Shown in pieces: positions 28,278 to 38,930 of a DNA stretch of 64,000 nucleotides (the first letter of the stretch is position 1; each line of letters begins with the position of its first letter). The notes below the pieces were generated by a model, which did no database searches, had not been told where the DNA came from, and was given only the letters and a program-made list of their open reading frames with translations. The position numbers were made by a program, and so were the translations under genes. Source of the DNA: Thermodesulfovibrionales bacterium. GTDB lineage: Bacteria; Nitrospirota; Thermodesulfovibrionia; Thermodesulfovibrionales; SM23-35. The stretch is taken from the NCBI GenBank assembly GCA_963715195.1, contig CAVQRT010000007.1, positions 96,001 to 160,000 on the forward strand, in the 5' to 3' direction.

Positions 28278-29165
28278 CTAAGCGGTCTGTTTTTTTCTTT
28301 TCTGCTGATACATATATTCATCAGCTTGGGATAAGAGCTCATCAATGGTACAAGGAGACCAAGAATTAAAGTATGCTACCCCGGTGCTTATTGACAGCCC
28401 ATATTCACGGGCACTTTTTATATTGTCCATATCTACTGCTTTTTGAAAACGGTTTATAATGAGATCTATATTGTCACCTCTGTTTCCAATCGGCATGACG
28501 ACAAATTCATCCCCACCCATCCGGGCTATAATGTCAGAACCACGAAAATTTTGCTTCAGGATATTCGCAACATCAATTAATGCCCAATCCCCTTTTTGAT
28601 GACCAAATGTATCATTGATACTCTTTAAATCATCCAAGTCAGCGTAAAGCATGTATAAACCTTCTTGCCTGCGCTTAGCCTGTTTCAGTAAATGTTCAGC
28701 TAAGGTGAAGAACCCTCGGCGATTGTACAGACCAGTCAGTTCGTCATGGAGTGATATTCTATAAAGGTTTTCATGCTTCTTAGCGTGTTCCATCCTTGCG
28801 ATAAGCTCCTGAAAGCCGAAGGGCTTCTTGATGAAATCCGATGCTCCGGCTACCATTGCATCTTCGTAGGAAAACTCATCAATAAACCCGGTCATAAGGA
28901 TTACTACGATATCAGGGTTAAGTTTTTTGATTTTTCCCGTGAGTTCAAAGCCATTTGTATCAGGGAGGTTAATGTCAATGACTATGCTGTGAAAATAATT
29001 TTTATTTATGAAGTTGAGAGCCGTGACAGCATCAATAGCGGTTTCACACAGATACCCCCTTAGGGATAGTCCTTTTTGCAACATGTCACGTAAAATGGCA
29101 TCATCATCAACAATGAGAACACGCCTTTGATTTGATATCACATATGGAAGTTGTGCGTTATCCAT
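28278..29165 (-). CDS. Response regulator-diguanylate cyclase (REC-GGDEF)
   Basis: VLIVDDD/DINLP/KP receiver motifs; DELTGLYNRR; I-site RGSD; RMGGDEF. Confidence 0.93.
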   Translation of the reverse strand: MDNAQLPYVISNQRRVLIVDDDAILRDMLQKGLSLRGYLCETAIDAVTALNFINKNYFHSIVIDINLPDTNGFELTGKIKKLNPDIVVILMTGFIDEFSYEDAMVAGASDFIKKPFGFQELIARMEHAKKHENLYRISLHDELTGLYNRRGFFTLAEHLLKQAKRRQEGLYMLYADLDDLKSINDTFGHQKGDWALIDVANILKQNFRGSDIIARMGGDEFVVMPIGNRGDNIDLIINRFQKAVDMDNIKSAREYGLSISTGVAYFNSWSPCTIDELLSQADEYMYQQKRKKQTA

Positions 29166-29245
29166 GCTCTTTTCCTCACCTTTTGAACCTTCTCCGTGTA
29201 TGACTCATCTTGCTTATATTGTATGGGTTTCATGGCAGACAGCAA

Positions 29246-29300
29246 TCCTACCCAAGTAGGAGCATAAACAACTAATAATCATTCTCCTACGCTGGTAGGA
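29246..29300. promoter_or_regulatory. Two palindromic operator-like sites TCCTAC-N4-GTAGGA
   Basis: tcctacccaagtagga (29246-29261) and tcctacgctggtagga (29285-29300) between divergent genes. Confidence 0.6.
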
Positions 29301-29378
29301 TTGATTTCCATGATGTGATGAAGCAGAATTTAATCAAAGGAGACGCTAACTGTTCAATAAAAAAAACGGAGGGCAGCT

Positions 29379-30044
29379 GTGATAAATAATAATCCTACAG
29401 CATTTCGTCAATTACCAAGTGCCAAGATGAATGAGGATAAAACGCTGCGTGGAGGAAAAACAGTTCAGAGGGGGAAGGTACTTATTGTTGACGATGAGAT
29501 TGACGTAGTAAGAACTTTACAGACATATCTTTCAGAGAATGGCTATAAGACGTTTGGTTGCATATCAGCAAAGGGAGCTCTTGAGGCAATAAAGAAATAT
29601 GATTTTGACCTTCTCCTGATAGACCTTGTGATGCCTGAAATGAACGGGATTGAACTATTGAAGGCAGCATTGGAAATAGACCCTCACCTTATCGGAATTA
29701 TCATCACGGGTAAGGGAACAATTCAAACTGCTGTTGATGCGATGAAGGCGGGTGCTTTTGATTACTTATTAAAACCCTTTAAGTTTGAAATGCTATCTCC
29801 GATACTTGACCGTGCAATGAAGGTGAGAGAGTTAATGAAATCGGAGGATAAGTGCCGCTCCCTTGCAGAGGAGCTGCATTACAAGGTTAGAGAGCTTCAA
29901 AATACCCATGATAAAGGTTCAGGTGGGGAACTTGAAGTTTTTGAACTGAGAGAAGAAGTGGAATCACTGAAGGAAGAATTAGAGAAATATAAAGAAGCGG
30001 AGAAAAACATGTTTTTTAATGGCAGCGGATTTGGTAACTATTAG
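29379..30044 (+). CDS. Response regulator receiver domain with C-terminal coiled-coil (no recognisable output domain)
   Basis: VLIVDDE, DLVMPEMNG, GAFDYLLKPF; Glu-rich heptad tail. Start uncertain (possibly 29427). Confidence 0.85.
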   Translation: MINNNPTAFRQLPSAKMNEDKTLRGGKTVQRGKVLIVDDEIDVVRTLQTYLSENGYKTFGCISAKGALEAIKKYDFDLLLIDLVMPEMNGIELLKAALEIDPHLIGIIITGKGTIQTAVDAMKAGAFDYLLKPFKFEMLSPILDRAMKVRELMKSEDKCRSLAEELHYKVRELQNTHDKGSGGELEVFELREEVESLKEELEKYKEAEKNMFFNGSGFGNY

Positions 30045-30555
30045 AAATTCTTTCATTACAATTACTAGCGTCAGAAGTGTGTTTTGATCCTTGGGGCTGT
30101 TTCTCGGCCTTTTTGCACCCATTAATGAATGACAATACAATAATCACTGACAATGACAGAACTATAAATAAAGTCTTTTTCAATAACTATCATCTCCTTT
30201 CTGAAGAGTCATTATATTATGTATTATCGTTAGTAATCTGCGATCTTAAGAAGAGTCACGATGCATTGACTGAGATGAGGAAGGATTATAGAACCTATAT
30301 GCTGAGTATCAGACTGCATCATTAGTAGATGTGGGATGGTCTTCAGGCAGGCGTACGAGGATCCAGGGTGCATACATCGACACCTTTGCCCCTAGCCGAT
30401 TTGCTGATGGAAATCGTGCGGCCTCGCTTCTTTGCCAACTTGAGTGCTCGAAAATCATGTCCTCGGTCACTTGGCGGATAATCTGCTGGGTGTCTTGTTT
30501 TGACTAAGCTTCGTCATAAAAATGAAATAGGTGATTTAGGTTATAGGAAATTTCT

Positions 30556-30732
30556 TTATGCTCTCTTATCAAGCACATCTTGCTGGACATAATCCGTGTA
30601 GGCCATCAGAAAAGTCAACAGATCTGGCTGGTTTTTACCCATGGCAACCATCTCTTTATTTGCCCTGTCCGGTGTAAATCTTGCAACTTGCTGCCAGGTT
30701 TTCTCCACGAATCCTTCAGATAAGGGATCCAT
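30556..30732 (-). CDS. Unannotated 58-aa ORF (possibly truncated gene)
   Basis: RBS ggaggt, then MDPLSEGFVEKTWQQVARFTPDRANKEMVAMGKNQPDLLTFLMAYTDYVQQDVLDKRA*. Below the ORF-track cutoff. Confidence 0.55.
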   Translation of the reverse strand: MDPLSEGFVEKTWQQVARFTPDRANKEMVAMGKNQPDLLTFLMAYTDYVQQDVLDKRA

Positions 30733-30992
30733 TTAACCAACTACCTCCCTTCTAAATGCTTTATTAGAATCGTCGATATTATACCTGATTGTGTATGCGC
30801 TACTTTCAAGAAGAGGATTTCCGGTTAACAGCAAAGTATTGTAGAGAGATTCCCATGCAGGTTCAGGGATTATTTTCATCCTGCCTATCATATCTAAACA
30901 GCGCAAACCTGCTCAACCTGTTCTTGACTGAACTCATCTGATCACATATTATTAATAAGAATTTATTCTAAAAATTTAAAGGGGGTTATGAT

Positions 30993-31859
30993 ATGAAAAA
31001 GACAGAATTGATAGAAATGCTCAACCGTGATCTTGCGGATGAACATGCAGCAATTATCCGCTATCTCGCTCACGGATGGATGGAGGGAGAGGATACCCCA
31101 ATTGGAGCGAGCCTGATATCCCGTTCAAGAGAGGAAATGTGGCATATGCACTGGCTGGGTATGATCATAGGGCAATTGGGCGGCAGTATCAATTTTAAAC
31201 CAGCTCCGTATCCTCATGATCCGACAAACAGAAAAACCATATTCAAATCGTATGTTGCATATGAAGAGAATCTGGTGCCTCATTATAACAAGCAGGCTGA
31301 TATGGTAAGCGATCCTCATGTGAAACGCGTTTTAAAGAGGGAAGCCTGGGAATCCGCATATCACGCAAAGAAGTTTCAGCGGATACTCGATAAATTGAGT
31401 CCGGATCAGGCAAAGAGTTCTCCCGGAGGAGAACGGGAACTGCCGGAAAGTTTTCTTGAACTCCTTCAGAAGGAGGTAACTAGTAAATATCAGGAAATGC
31501 TCCGGCATATCGGCTGCTCCTGGACGTTTCAGAAAAAGAGTCTATTAGCGTGGAATCTCATGGACCAGGCCATGGGAAAGATGAAGCAGCTTTCCCATTT
31601 CGCAGAGGATATCGGCGGCAACGGTATCCCGGTGGAATTCAAGCCTGGAAAGATCGATATCACAAAAGTTTTCGGAACTTCCGTCAAAAAGGCAGCGGGG
31701 GATGTTTTGAAAGCTCATGGCAGGCACCGCAAAATCATGCGGGACAGTGAGTTTCAGAAACATGCCGGATTGGTCATCAACCTTGATCTTACCATCCGGC
31801 AGGAAGAGTACCAGGCAGAGGAACTCAAGGGTATACTTACTGATGCAGCAAGAAAATAA
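30993..31859 (+). CDS. Ferritin-like superfamily protein (tandem domains)
   Basis: LNRDLADEHAAIIRYL, EEMWH, E..L...Y, E..H in domain 1; degenerate second four-helix repeat. Confidence 0.8.
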   Translation: MKKTELIEMLNRDLADEHAAIIRYLAHGWMEGEDTPIGASLISRSREEMWHMHWLGMIIGQLGGSINFKPAPYPHDPTNRKTIFKSYVAYEENLVPHYNKQADMVSDPHVKRVLKREAWESAYHAKKFQRILDKLSPDQAKSSPGGERELPESFLELLQKEVTSKYQEMLRHIGCSWTFQKKSLLAWNLMDQAMGKMKQLSHFAEDIGGNGIPVEFKPGKIDITKVFGTSVKKAAGDVLKAHGRHRKIMRDSEFQKHAGLVINLDLTIRQEEYQAEELKGILTDAARK

Positions 31860-33072
31860 ATCGGCAGGGCAGGGCAAATCAGTTCTGTCTCAAAGAGCTG
31901 GAAAGATTAAGCCGTCGCCGACTCTCGCGATGGATGCGAAGGCAAAGGCAATGAAGGCATCCGGAGTGGATATTGTGAATTTCGGCGTTGGCGAGCCTGA
32001 CTTCGATACACCGGACAATATCAAGGAAGCGGCAGTGCGGGCTATGCTGGAAGGGTTTACAAAATATACGCCTGTTGGGGGTATCGAACCCCTGAAGGAT
32101 GCAATTATCGATAAGTTAAGGAATGACAACAACCTACGCTACTCACGGGACGAAATTATTGTATCCTGTGGAGCAAAACACAGTCTGTATAATATAGCGC
32201 AGGCACTCTTCGATGCCGGTGATGAGATACTGATCCCGGCGCCTTACTGGGTTTCATATCCTGACCAGGTTCTCTTAAACGATGCTGCGCCGGTATTCGT
32301 GAAGACGTATGAAGATGACCTTTTCAAAGTGCAACCTGAAGCCATAGAATCTCATATCACAGGGAAGACCAAGGCCCTGATTCTGAATTCACCCTCGAAC
32401 CCAACAGGCCTTGCCTATGACAGAAAGAGCCTCGAGAAAATAGCGGAATTAGTCCTGAAATATGACATGTACGTCATATCCGATGAAATCTACGAAAAAC
32501 TGATGTACGATGGATTCGAACATATTAGCCTTGCTTCGGTAGATCCTTCTTTGAAGGATAAAACTTTAGTCGTCAACGGTTTATCTAAGTCTTATGCAAT
32601 GACCGGATGGAGAATCGGATATGCAGCAGGTCCGAAACAGATCATACAGGCCATGACGAATATTCAAAGTCAGTCTACCTCAAACCCGAATTCCATAGCC
32701 CAGAGGGCAGCGGTGGAAGCGCTGACCGGTCCTCAGGATTTCATACAGACCATGCTTCATGAATTTGACCGCAGAAGATTGTTTCTTGTCAATGCACTGA
32801 ATACGATTCCCGGCATACGCTGTCTGATGCCCGCCGGGGCTTTCTATGCTTTTCCCAATACGCAGGGATGCTACGGAAAGTCTGCAAATAACACTCTGAT
32901 ATCCTCGTCGTCCGACTTTGCGTTCTATCTCCTCGAAGAGGCGAGGGTGGCACTTGTCCACGGGGGGGCATTCGGCAATGACAATCATATCAGGCTCTCC
33001 TACGCCACCTCCATAGACGAGATAAAAAAGGGGGTAGAGCGGATACGGTCCGCTGTCAACAGGCTTTCTTGA
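31843..33072 (+). CDS. aspC: Class I PLP-dependent (aspartate) aminotransferase
   Basis: GEPDFDTP, NSPSNPTG, SDEIY, NGLSKSYAMTGWRIG. Start reassigned to ATG 31843. Confidence 0.92.
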   Translation: MQQENKSAGQGKSVLSQRAGKIKPSPTLAMDAKAKAMKASGVDIVNFGVGEPDFDTPDNIKEAAVRAMLEGFTKYTPVGGIEPLKDAIIDKLRNDNNLRYSRDEIIVSCGAKHSLYNIAQALFDAGDEILIPAPYWVSYPDQVLLNDAAPVFVKTYEDDLFKVQPEAIESHITGKTKALILNSPSNPTGLAYDRKSLEKIAELVLKYDMYVISDEIYEKLMYDGFEHISLASVDPSLKDKTLVVNGLSKSYAMTGWRIGYAAGPKQIIQAMTNIQSQSTSNPNSIAQRAAVEALTGPQDFIQTMLHEFDRRRLFLVNALNTIPGIRCLMPAGAFYAFPNTQGCYGKSANNTLISSSSDFAFYLLEEARVALVHGGAFGNDNHIRLSYATSIDEIKKGVERIRSAVNRLS

Positions 33073-33965
33073 AAACCGAAGAAGATTTCCGCTCCGGCTA
33101 TGTATCAATCATTGGTCAGCCAAATGTCGGCAAGTCAACCCTCCTGAATGCAATTCTCGGTGAGAAAGTAGCAATCGTTACACCCAGGCCGCAGACCACC
33201 AGGAACCGGATTATCGGAATAAAAAATCTTCCGGATGCACAGATTATTTTTATTGATACTCCGGGAATTCACCAGCCAAAACATAAACTCGGGGAGGCCA
33301 TGGTGAAAACTGCGCTTGGGTCTTTACGGGAAGTTGATGTTGTTCTCCTCATGGTTGAGCCGCATAAACCCGGCAAAGATGACCGAAACATTATTTCTCT
33401 GTTGAAGACCGTAAAATCTCCTGTTATTCTCCTCATCAACAAGATAGACACGATCAAGAAGCAGAGACTCCTTCCGGTTATCGATCGCTTCGTCGAATTG
33501 TTTCCCTTTCGTGAGATTTTTCCAGTCTCTGCCATGAAATTGGACGGAATCGACATGCTGGTGCAAACGATATGCGATAAACTTCCCCGCGGACCGAAGT
33601 ATTTCCCTGACGATCTTTTTACGGACCAGGCAGAGCGGTTTATGGTATCCGAGATCATCCGTGAGAGGATCATGGAAATGACAGAGGAAGAACTGCCGCA
33701 TGCCGTGGCTGTTGAAGTTCACAAATGGACGGAGAGAGAAGACGGCCTTATATCAATCAGCTGTAATATTTATGTTGAAAGAGAAGGGCAAAAAGCTATT
33801 ATAATAGGAAGGCGCGGTTCGATGCTGAAGGCTGTCGGAAGTGCCGCACGGATAGAGATCGAAAAGCTCCTCAATGCAAAGGTATTTCTTGCATTATGGG
33901 TCAAGGTCAGGAAAAAGTGGAGAGACGACAATCAGTTGCTGAAGGAACTCGGATACCGGGTGTAG
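33069..33965 (+). CDS. era: GTPase Era
   Basis: GQPNVGKSTLLN, QTTR, DTPG, NKID, KH-domain IIIGRRG. Confidence 0.97.
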   Translation: MKTEEDFRSGYVSIIGQPNVGKSTLLNAILGEKVAIVTPRPQTTRNRIIGIKNLPDAQIIFIDTPGIHQPKHKLGEAMVKTALGSLREVDVVLLMVEPHKPGKDDRNIISLLKTVKSPVILLINKIDTIKKQRLLPVIDRFVELFPFREIFPVSAMKLDGIDMLVQTICDKLPRGPKYFPDDLFTDQAERFMVSEIIRERIMEMTEEELPHAVAVEVHKWTEREDGLISISCNIYVEREGQKAIIIGRRGSMLKAVGSAARIEIEKLLNAKVFLALWVKVRKKWRDDNQLLKELGYRV

Positions 33966-33969
33966 ATGG

Positions 33970-34422
33970 ATGCTGATTCAGATGAAAGTCGAGGGAATGC
34001 TGTTCGATCCCCGCAGCAATATGTATATTCTTCTCCTGAAAGAAATCGACGGCAACGGTACACTTCCAATCTGGATCGGGAAACCCGAAGCTGATTCAAT
34101 TGCACTTGCATTGGGAAAAGTCGAAACGCCGAGGCCTTTGACCCACGATCTCATCAAAAACATCGCCGACAGTCTGAAAGTGAAAATAACGAAGATTATT
34201 GTTACCGAAATTCTGGACAATACCTATTATGCACTCGTCTGCATGAACGACGGAAGAAAAGAGACCATGGTGGATTCCAGACCAAGTGACGCTGTTGCTG
34301 TTGCGCTGAGAGTGAATGCGCCCATTTTTGTCGAAGAAACCATCATGGAGCAGAAAAGTGCAGACGAGCTCGAAGAATGGCTGAAAAACCTGAAACCTGA
34401 GGATTTCGGAAATATCATGTGA
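33970..34422 (+). CDS. Bifunctional nuclease domain protein (DUF151)
   Basis: LPIWIG..EA.SIA, PRPLTHDL, DSRPSDAVA.ALR..APIFV. Confidence 0.92.
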   Translation: MLIQMKVEGMLFDPRSNMYILLLKEIDGNGTLPIWIGKPEADSIALALGKVETPRPLTHDLIKNIADSLKVKITKIIVTEILDNTYYALVCMNDGRKETMVDSRPSDAVAVALRVNAPIFVEETIMEQKSADELEEWLKNLKPEDFGNIM

Positions 34423-35246
34423 TGCTCAGACGAACAGAGGGTATTGTATTACGCACCGTTCCTTTTGGAGAAGCCGACCTTATTGCAACCTTCCTGACTC
34501 CTGATTACGGATCGATGAAAGTGTTCGCAAAGAGTCCCCGCAAAATCAGAAGCAGATTCGGAAGCAGCCTGGAACCCCTTACCTGTTCAGTGATATCCTT
34601 CTGGGGCAAAGAGGATGCTGCGCTCCCGAGACTTACCCAGTCCGATATCCTTCACTCTTTTCAGACGATCAGGAATAACCTCCATGTCTTTGTGAAGGTA
34701 TCGGAAATCATTGAACTCACCATGGTCCTTATGCCGGAGAAGGACGTAAATAAAAAAACGTATCAGCTTCTCTCCCATACCTTGCAGGCCATTGAGCAAG
34801 GGCTGACGGGTGACTGCGGACACCAGCCGACCGAGAGGGGATCGGGAAGCAGTTTGCAAGGCGAAAAAAGCGTTCTTCGCGACACAGAATTTCTGATTAG
34901 TCATTATAAGGTTAAATTTCTTAAATATGCGGGTTTTGCACCCAAACTCGATGCCTGCGGGAGATGCGGTGAGAAAGGATTCTGTTTTTATGTCTCCCAG
35001 GGAGCAATTCTCTGTGAGTCATGTGCAAAGGGTACAGACACTCCGATAGAAATCTCAGCCGCAATGAGGAAATTATACGAAGACCTTTTGCTGTGGGATA
35101 CGGCAAAGGTGCAGCGGATTAAACCCTCTCAGGTGCTCCTTGCAGACCTTTCAGAGGTCATGAGAATGCACATACGGTACATTCTCTCAAAGTCGCTGAA
35201 TACCGAGGCATTTGTTTCTGCAACCGGTAAGGAATTGTATCAATAA
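34419..35246 (+). CDS. recO: DNA repair protein RecO
   Basis: TEGIVLR...[20 protein letters not shown]...CESC zinc finger. Confidence 0.93.
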   Translation: MMLRRTEGIVLRTVPFGEADLIATFLTPDYGSMKVFAKSPRKIRSRFGSSLEPLTCSVISFWGKEDAALPRLTQSDILHSFQTIRNNLHVFVKVSEIIELTMVLMPEKDVNKKTYQLLSHTLQAIEQGLTGDCGHQPTERGSGSSLQGEKSVLRDTEFLISHYKVKFLKYAGFAPKLDACGRCGEKGFCFYVSQGAILCESCAKGTDTPIEISAAMRKLYEDLLLWDTAKVQRIKPSQVLLADLSEVMRMHIRYILSKSLNTEAFVSATGKELYQ

Positions 35247-35265
35247 AACAGAAGGAAGGGTTTTC

Positions 35266-36150
35266 ATGGAAAACGTGGTATTAAAAACTGATTTTCGCGA
35301 TGTGAAATTCCTGAAGCGGGGAAAAGTGAGAGACATCTATGATCTCGGCGAACATTTACTCCTTATAGCGACTGACAGGATTTCTGCGTTTGATGTGGTT
35401 CTGCCAAATGGAATACCGGGAAAGGGCAGGGTGCTCACTCAGATATCGATATACTGGTTCAGACAGATGGAAAACATTGTCCTTAACCATATCGAAGCTG
35501 CCAATGTAAAGGATTTTCCTCAAATGCTCCATAAATACTCCGATATTCTCGAGGGAAGGAGCCTGCTCGTCAAAAAGACGAACCCCGTGCCGGTTGAATG
35601 CGTTGTACGGGGTTATCTTTCAGGCAGCGGCTGGAAGGAATATCAGAACAATTCGTCTGTCTGCGGAATACCGTTGCCCCCCCGACTGGTTGAATCTGCC
35701 CGGTTAGAGGCGCCTATATTTACACCAAGCACAAAAGAAGATGAAGGGCATGATATGAATATCACGTATGATGACGTCGTGAACATCGTCGGGACCGACC
35801 TCGCGGAGAAACTGAGAGATACCAGCATCTCCCTTTATTCACGGGCAAACAATATTGCAAAAGCGAAGGGTATCATCATTGCTGATACAAAATTCGAATT
35901 CGGCTTGTCAGGCGGAAATTTTATGGTTATCGACGAAATGCTGACACCCGATTCATCACGTTTCTGGTCGGCAGACACTTATCTGCCCGGAAGAAACCAG
36001 GACAGTTACGACAAGCAGATTGTCAGGGACTATCTCCTGACACTCGACTGGGACAAAACACATCCCGGTCCTGTCTTGCCGCAAGAAATAATCGAAAAGA
36101 CAGCTGTACGATATCGGGAAATCCTCAAGATTCTCACCGGGCAGGAATAA
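35266..36150 (+). CDS. purC: SAICAR synthetase
   Basis: [52 protein letters not shown]. Start reassigned to ATG 35266. Confidence 0.97.
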   Translation: MENVVLKTDFRDVKFLKRGKVRDIYDLGEHLLLIATDRISAFDVVLPNGIPGKGRVLTQISIYWFRQMENIVLNHIEAANVKDFPQMLHKYSDILEGRSLLVKKTNPVPVECVVRGYLSGSGWKEYQNNSSVCGIPLPPRLVESARLEAPIFTPSTKEDEGHDMNITYDDVVNIVGTDLAEKLRDTSISLYSRANNIAKAKGIIIADTKFEFGLSGGNFMVIDEMLTPDSSRFWSADTYLPGRNQDSYDKQIVRDYLLTLDWDKTHPGPVLPQEIIEKTAVRYREILKILTGQE

Positions 36151-36195
36151 AACTCAACTTTATTCGTTTCTATTAAGGTTTGTTGAGAAAGCTTC

Positions 36196-38772
36196 CTACA
36201 GACTTAAACGTTTCTTCAACTCGATAAGTTTACTGAGGGCTTCATGTGGAGTCATTGTATCTGCATCGAGGTTCCTGATTTCTGTTACAACAGAATCGGT
36301 GAGTGACGAAAAAAGGTCAAGCTGTGCACTTCCCTTCTTTGTCTTCCTGTCCGCAAACCTCGGTTTGCCGGCTTCGTTCAGTTCTTCCTTTTCGAGATTC
36401 GCGAGCACCTCTTTGGCCCTTCCAATAATGCTGTCCGGAAGGCCTGCAAGCCTCGCAACCTGGATGCCGTAACTCTTGTCCGCAGGCCCCTTTTCAATCT
36501 TCCTCAGGAAGATGATTTCGTCTCCCCACTCTTTTACAGCAATATTGTAATTTCTAACGCCATCGTGAGTAAGGGCGAGCTCGGTAAGCTCATGATAGTG
36601 TGTTGCAAAAAGCGTTCTGGCGTGAAGGGCGTTCAGAATGTGTTCGGCAACCGCCCATGCGATGCTGATCCCGTCGAAAGTGCTCGTCCCCCTTCCCACT
36701 TCATCGAGAAGGATAAGACTTTTTGATGTCGCATTGTGTGTGATATTCGAGACTTCGATCATCTCGACCATGAATGTGCTTTGACCCATCGTGAGGAAAT
36801 CGGATGCCCCAATCCTGGTAAATATTCTGTCTGCAATGCCGATATGCGCTTCAGACGCAGGAATAAAACTTCCTATTTGGGTCATGATCATCATGAGGGC
36901 AACCTGCCGCATGTAGGTTGACTTTCCTGCCATGTTTGGACCCGTAATGATGAGAAGACGGTCGGCGTTGTTATCCATATAAACACTGTTCGGAATAAAC
37001 CGGCCGGCTGACTGGATCCTTTCGAGTACCGGGTGGCGTCCGTCGCTTATATCGATGACGCTGGTGTGGTCGACAGACGGTTTTACATAGTTGTACCTCT
37101 TTGACACGACGGCAAGGGAACAAAGAAAATCCGTAATCGCAAGAGCCGATGCAGTCTCGAAAAGTCGTGATGATTCGCGGTGCACTTCACCAAGGATTTC
37201 CTGAAATATCTCATATTCAAGGCCTTTCAGTCTCTCCTCTGAGCCAAGAACCCTGGATTCATATTCTTTCAGTTCGGGTGTTATGAACCGCTCTCCGCCG
37301 ACAAGGGTCTGCTTCCTGATGTAATCATCAGGAACCATGTGGAGGTTCGACTTTGTGACTTCAATGTAATACCCGTAGACTCTGTTATAGCTGATCTTGA
37401 GGGAAGAGATGCCTGTCCGCTTTTTTTCTCTCGACTCCAGTTCCGCAATGAAATATTTTCCTTTTTTCGAAAGATTTCTCAGTTCATCGATCTCGGGAGA
37501 GTATCCGTCCTTGATGATTCCTCCTTCCTTAATATTGACCGGCGGGGAGTCGATGATGCTCTTTTCGATTAGTTCCTTCAGGGCGTGGAATTCAGATATA
37601 GCTTCCGCAATAGTCCGGAGAAAGGCATTTTTTGAAGCGTTCAGGGATTTTTTTATACTCGGCACATTGACTACTGAAATTTTAATTGCTACGGTATCCC
37701 GGGCATTGGCGGTTTTGGCATGTATCTTCGTCGTGAGCCGTTCGATATCCTGTATTCTTCTGAGAGCAGTCCTGAGCTGCTCGAGGAGTTCAAAATCATC
37801 AATGAGATATTCAATCGCGTCTCTTCTCTGTTTAATCTCGTTCAGATCCGTAAGGGGCTTCATGATGGAAGAGCGAAGAAGCCTTCCGCCCATGGGGGTC
37901 AGGGTCTCATCGAGCACCCACAGCAGGGTCCCCTCGGAAGAACCGTCTTTCACATTGTGTGTCAGTTCAAGGTTTCTCTGTGTCGTTGCATCGAGAAACA
38001 TGCACGTGTCCTGTCTGAGACGGGAAATTTTTTTCAGACAGAATGTATCTCTCTGGGTCTCCACAAGATAATTGATGAGCGCACCGGCAGCAGAGATTGC
38101 GGCAGTCATGCCCTCACAACCGAAACCTTCAAGGGATGATACCTTGAGATGCTGCAGTAGTGTTTTATAGGCATCTGCATAATCATAGAACCAGTCTTCG
38201 TAAACGGACACAAAGAATTGCTGAAAGGCCTCCTGATAGTGGATATCGCTCTGAATACTTCTGGGAATAAGGATTTCTCTCGGTTCAAAACGGAAGACCT
38301 CGTCCTGAATATCATCAAATGTCTCGTACATAATGAACTCCCCGGTCGAGATATCAGTCAGTGCGATGCCGTGCTGATTGCCGGAGGGAAAGATGCTAAT
38401 GATATAGACATTTTCCTTCGGATTTTCAGGGGTGTATGTCCCGGGAGTGATGACCCTTACGACATCCCTGTCGACAATCCCCTTTGCCTCCCTGGGGTCT
38501 TCCATCTGTTCACATATGGCAACCTTAAGACCGGATTTGATCAACTTCAGGATATATGAATCCGCCGCAAAATAGGGTACACCGCACATGGGCATAGGGT
38601 CTTCTTTCGATTTGTCTCTCGTTGTAAGTGCTATCTGAAGAATCCTTGAAGCCTTTTCAGCATCTTCTCCAAACATTTCGTAGAAATCTCCAAGCCTGAA
38701 AAGAACAATCGCATCCCGGTACTTTTCCTTTACACTCAAATATTGTTTCATTAACGGAGTCGGTTCAGTCAT
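36196..38772 (-). CDS. mutS: DNA mismatch repair protein MutS
   Basis: TPLMKQY, GDFYE, GPNMAGKST, DEVGRGTST, SYGIQVARLAG. Confidence 0.99.
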   Translation of the reverse strand: MTEPTPLMKQYLSVKEKYRDAIVLFRLGDFYEMFGEDAEKASRILQIALTTRDKSKEDPMPMCGVPYFAADSYILKLIKSGLKVAICEQMEDPREAKGIVDRDVVRVITPGTYTPENPKENVYIISIFPSGNQHGIALTDISTGEFIMYETFDDIQDEVFRFEPREILIPRSIQSDIHYQEAFQQFFVSVYEDWFYDYADAYKTLLQHLKVSSLEGFGCEGMTAAISAAGALINYLVETQRDTFCLKKISRLRQDTCMFLDATTQRNLELTHNVKDGSSEGTLLWVLDETLTPMGGRLLRSSIMKPLTDLNEIKQRRDAIEYLIDDFELLEQLRTALRRIQDIERLTTKIHAKTANARDTVAIKISVVNVPSIKKSLNASKNAFLRTIAEAISEFHALKELIEKSIIDSPPVNIKEGGIIKDGYSPEIDELRNLSKKGKYFIAELESREKKRTGISSLKISYNRVYGYYIEVTKSNLHMVPDDYIRKQTLVGGERFITPELKEYESRVLGSEERLKGLEYEIFQEILGEVHRESSRLFETASALAITDFLCSLAVVSKRYNYVKPSVDHTSVIDISDGRHPVLERIQSAGRFIPNSVYMDNNADRLLIITGPNMAGKSTYMRQVALMMIMTQIGSFIPASEAHIGIADRIFTRIGASDFLTMGQSTFMVEMIEVSNITHNATSKSLILLDEVGRGTSTFDGISIAWAVAEHILNALHARTLFATHYHELTELALTHDGVRNYNIAVKEWGDEIIFLRKIEKGPADKSYGIQVARLAGLPDSIIGRAKEVLANLEKEELNEAGKPRFADRKTKKGSAQLDLFSSLTDSVVTEIRNLDADTMTPHEALSKLIELKKRLSL

Positions 38773-38930
38773 AACGGATATTTAATACCATCGGTACATG
38801 AAAGTGCAATACGGCAGGCAGAGCGCCGCAGATCGAAAATACCTTGACGCTTTTATTTCTTCAGGAACGTTCTGTTGCCGGTTGCAAGCCCTCAGGAATG
38901 AACAATGAATAATGAGTTCCTTTGATCAAA

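Noticed and set aside
30310..30510. Short GC-richer stretch with small ORFs, possible IS remnant
   Set aside because: No transposase motif, terminal repeats or convincing RBS/ORF.
34800..34890. Low-complexity ~25-aa insert in RecO (similar one in TrpE)
   Set aside because: In-frame variable loop; no intein or repeat signature.
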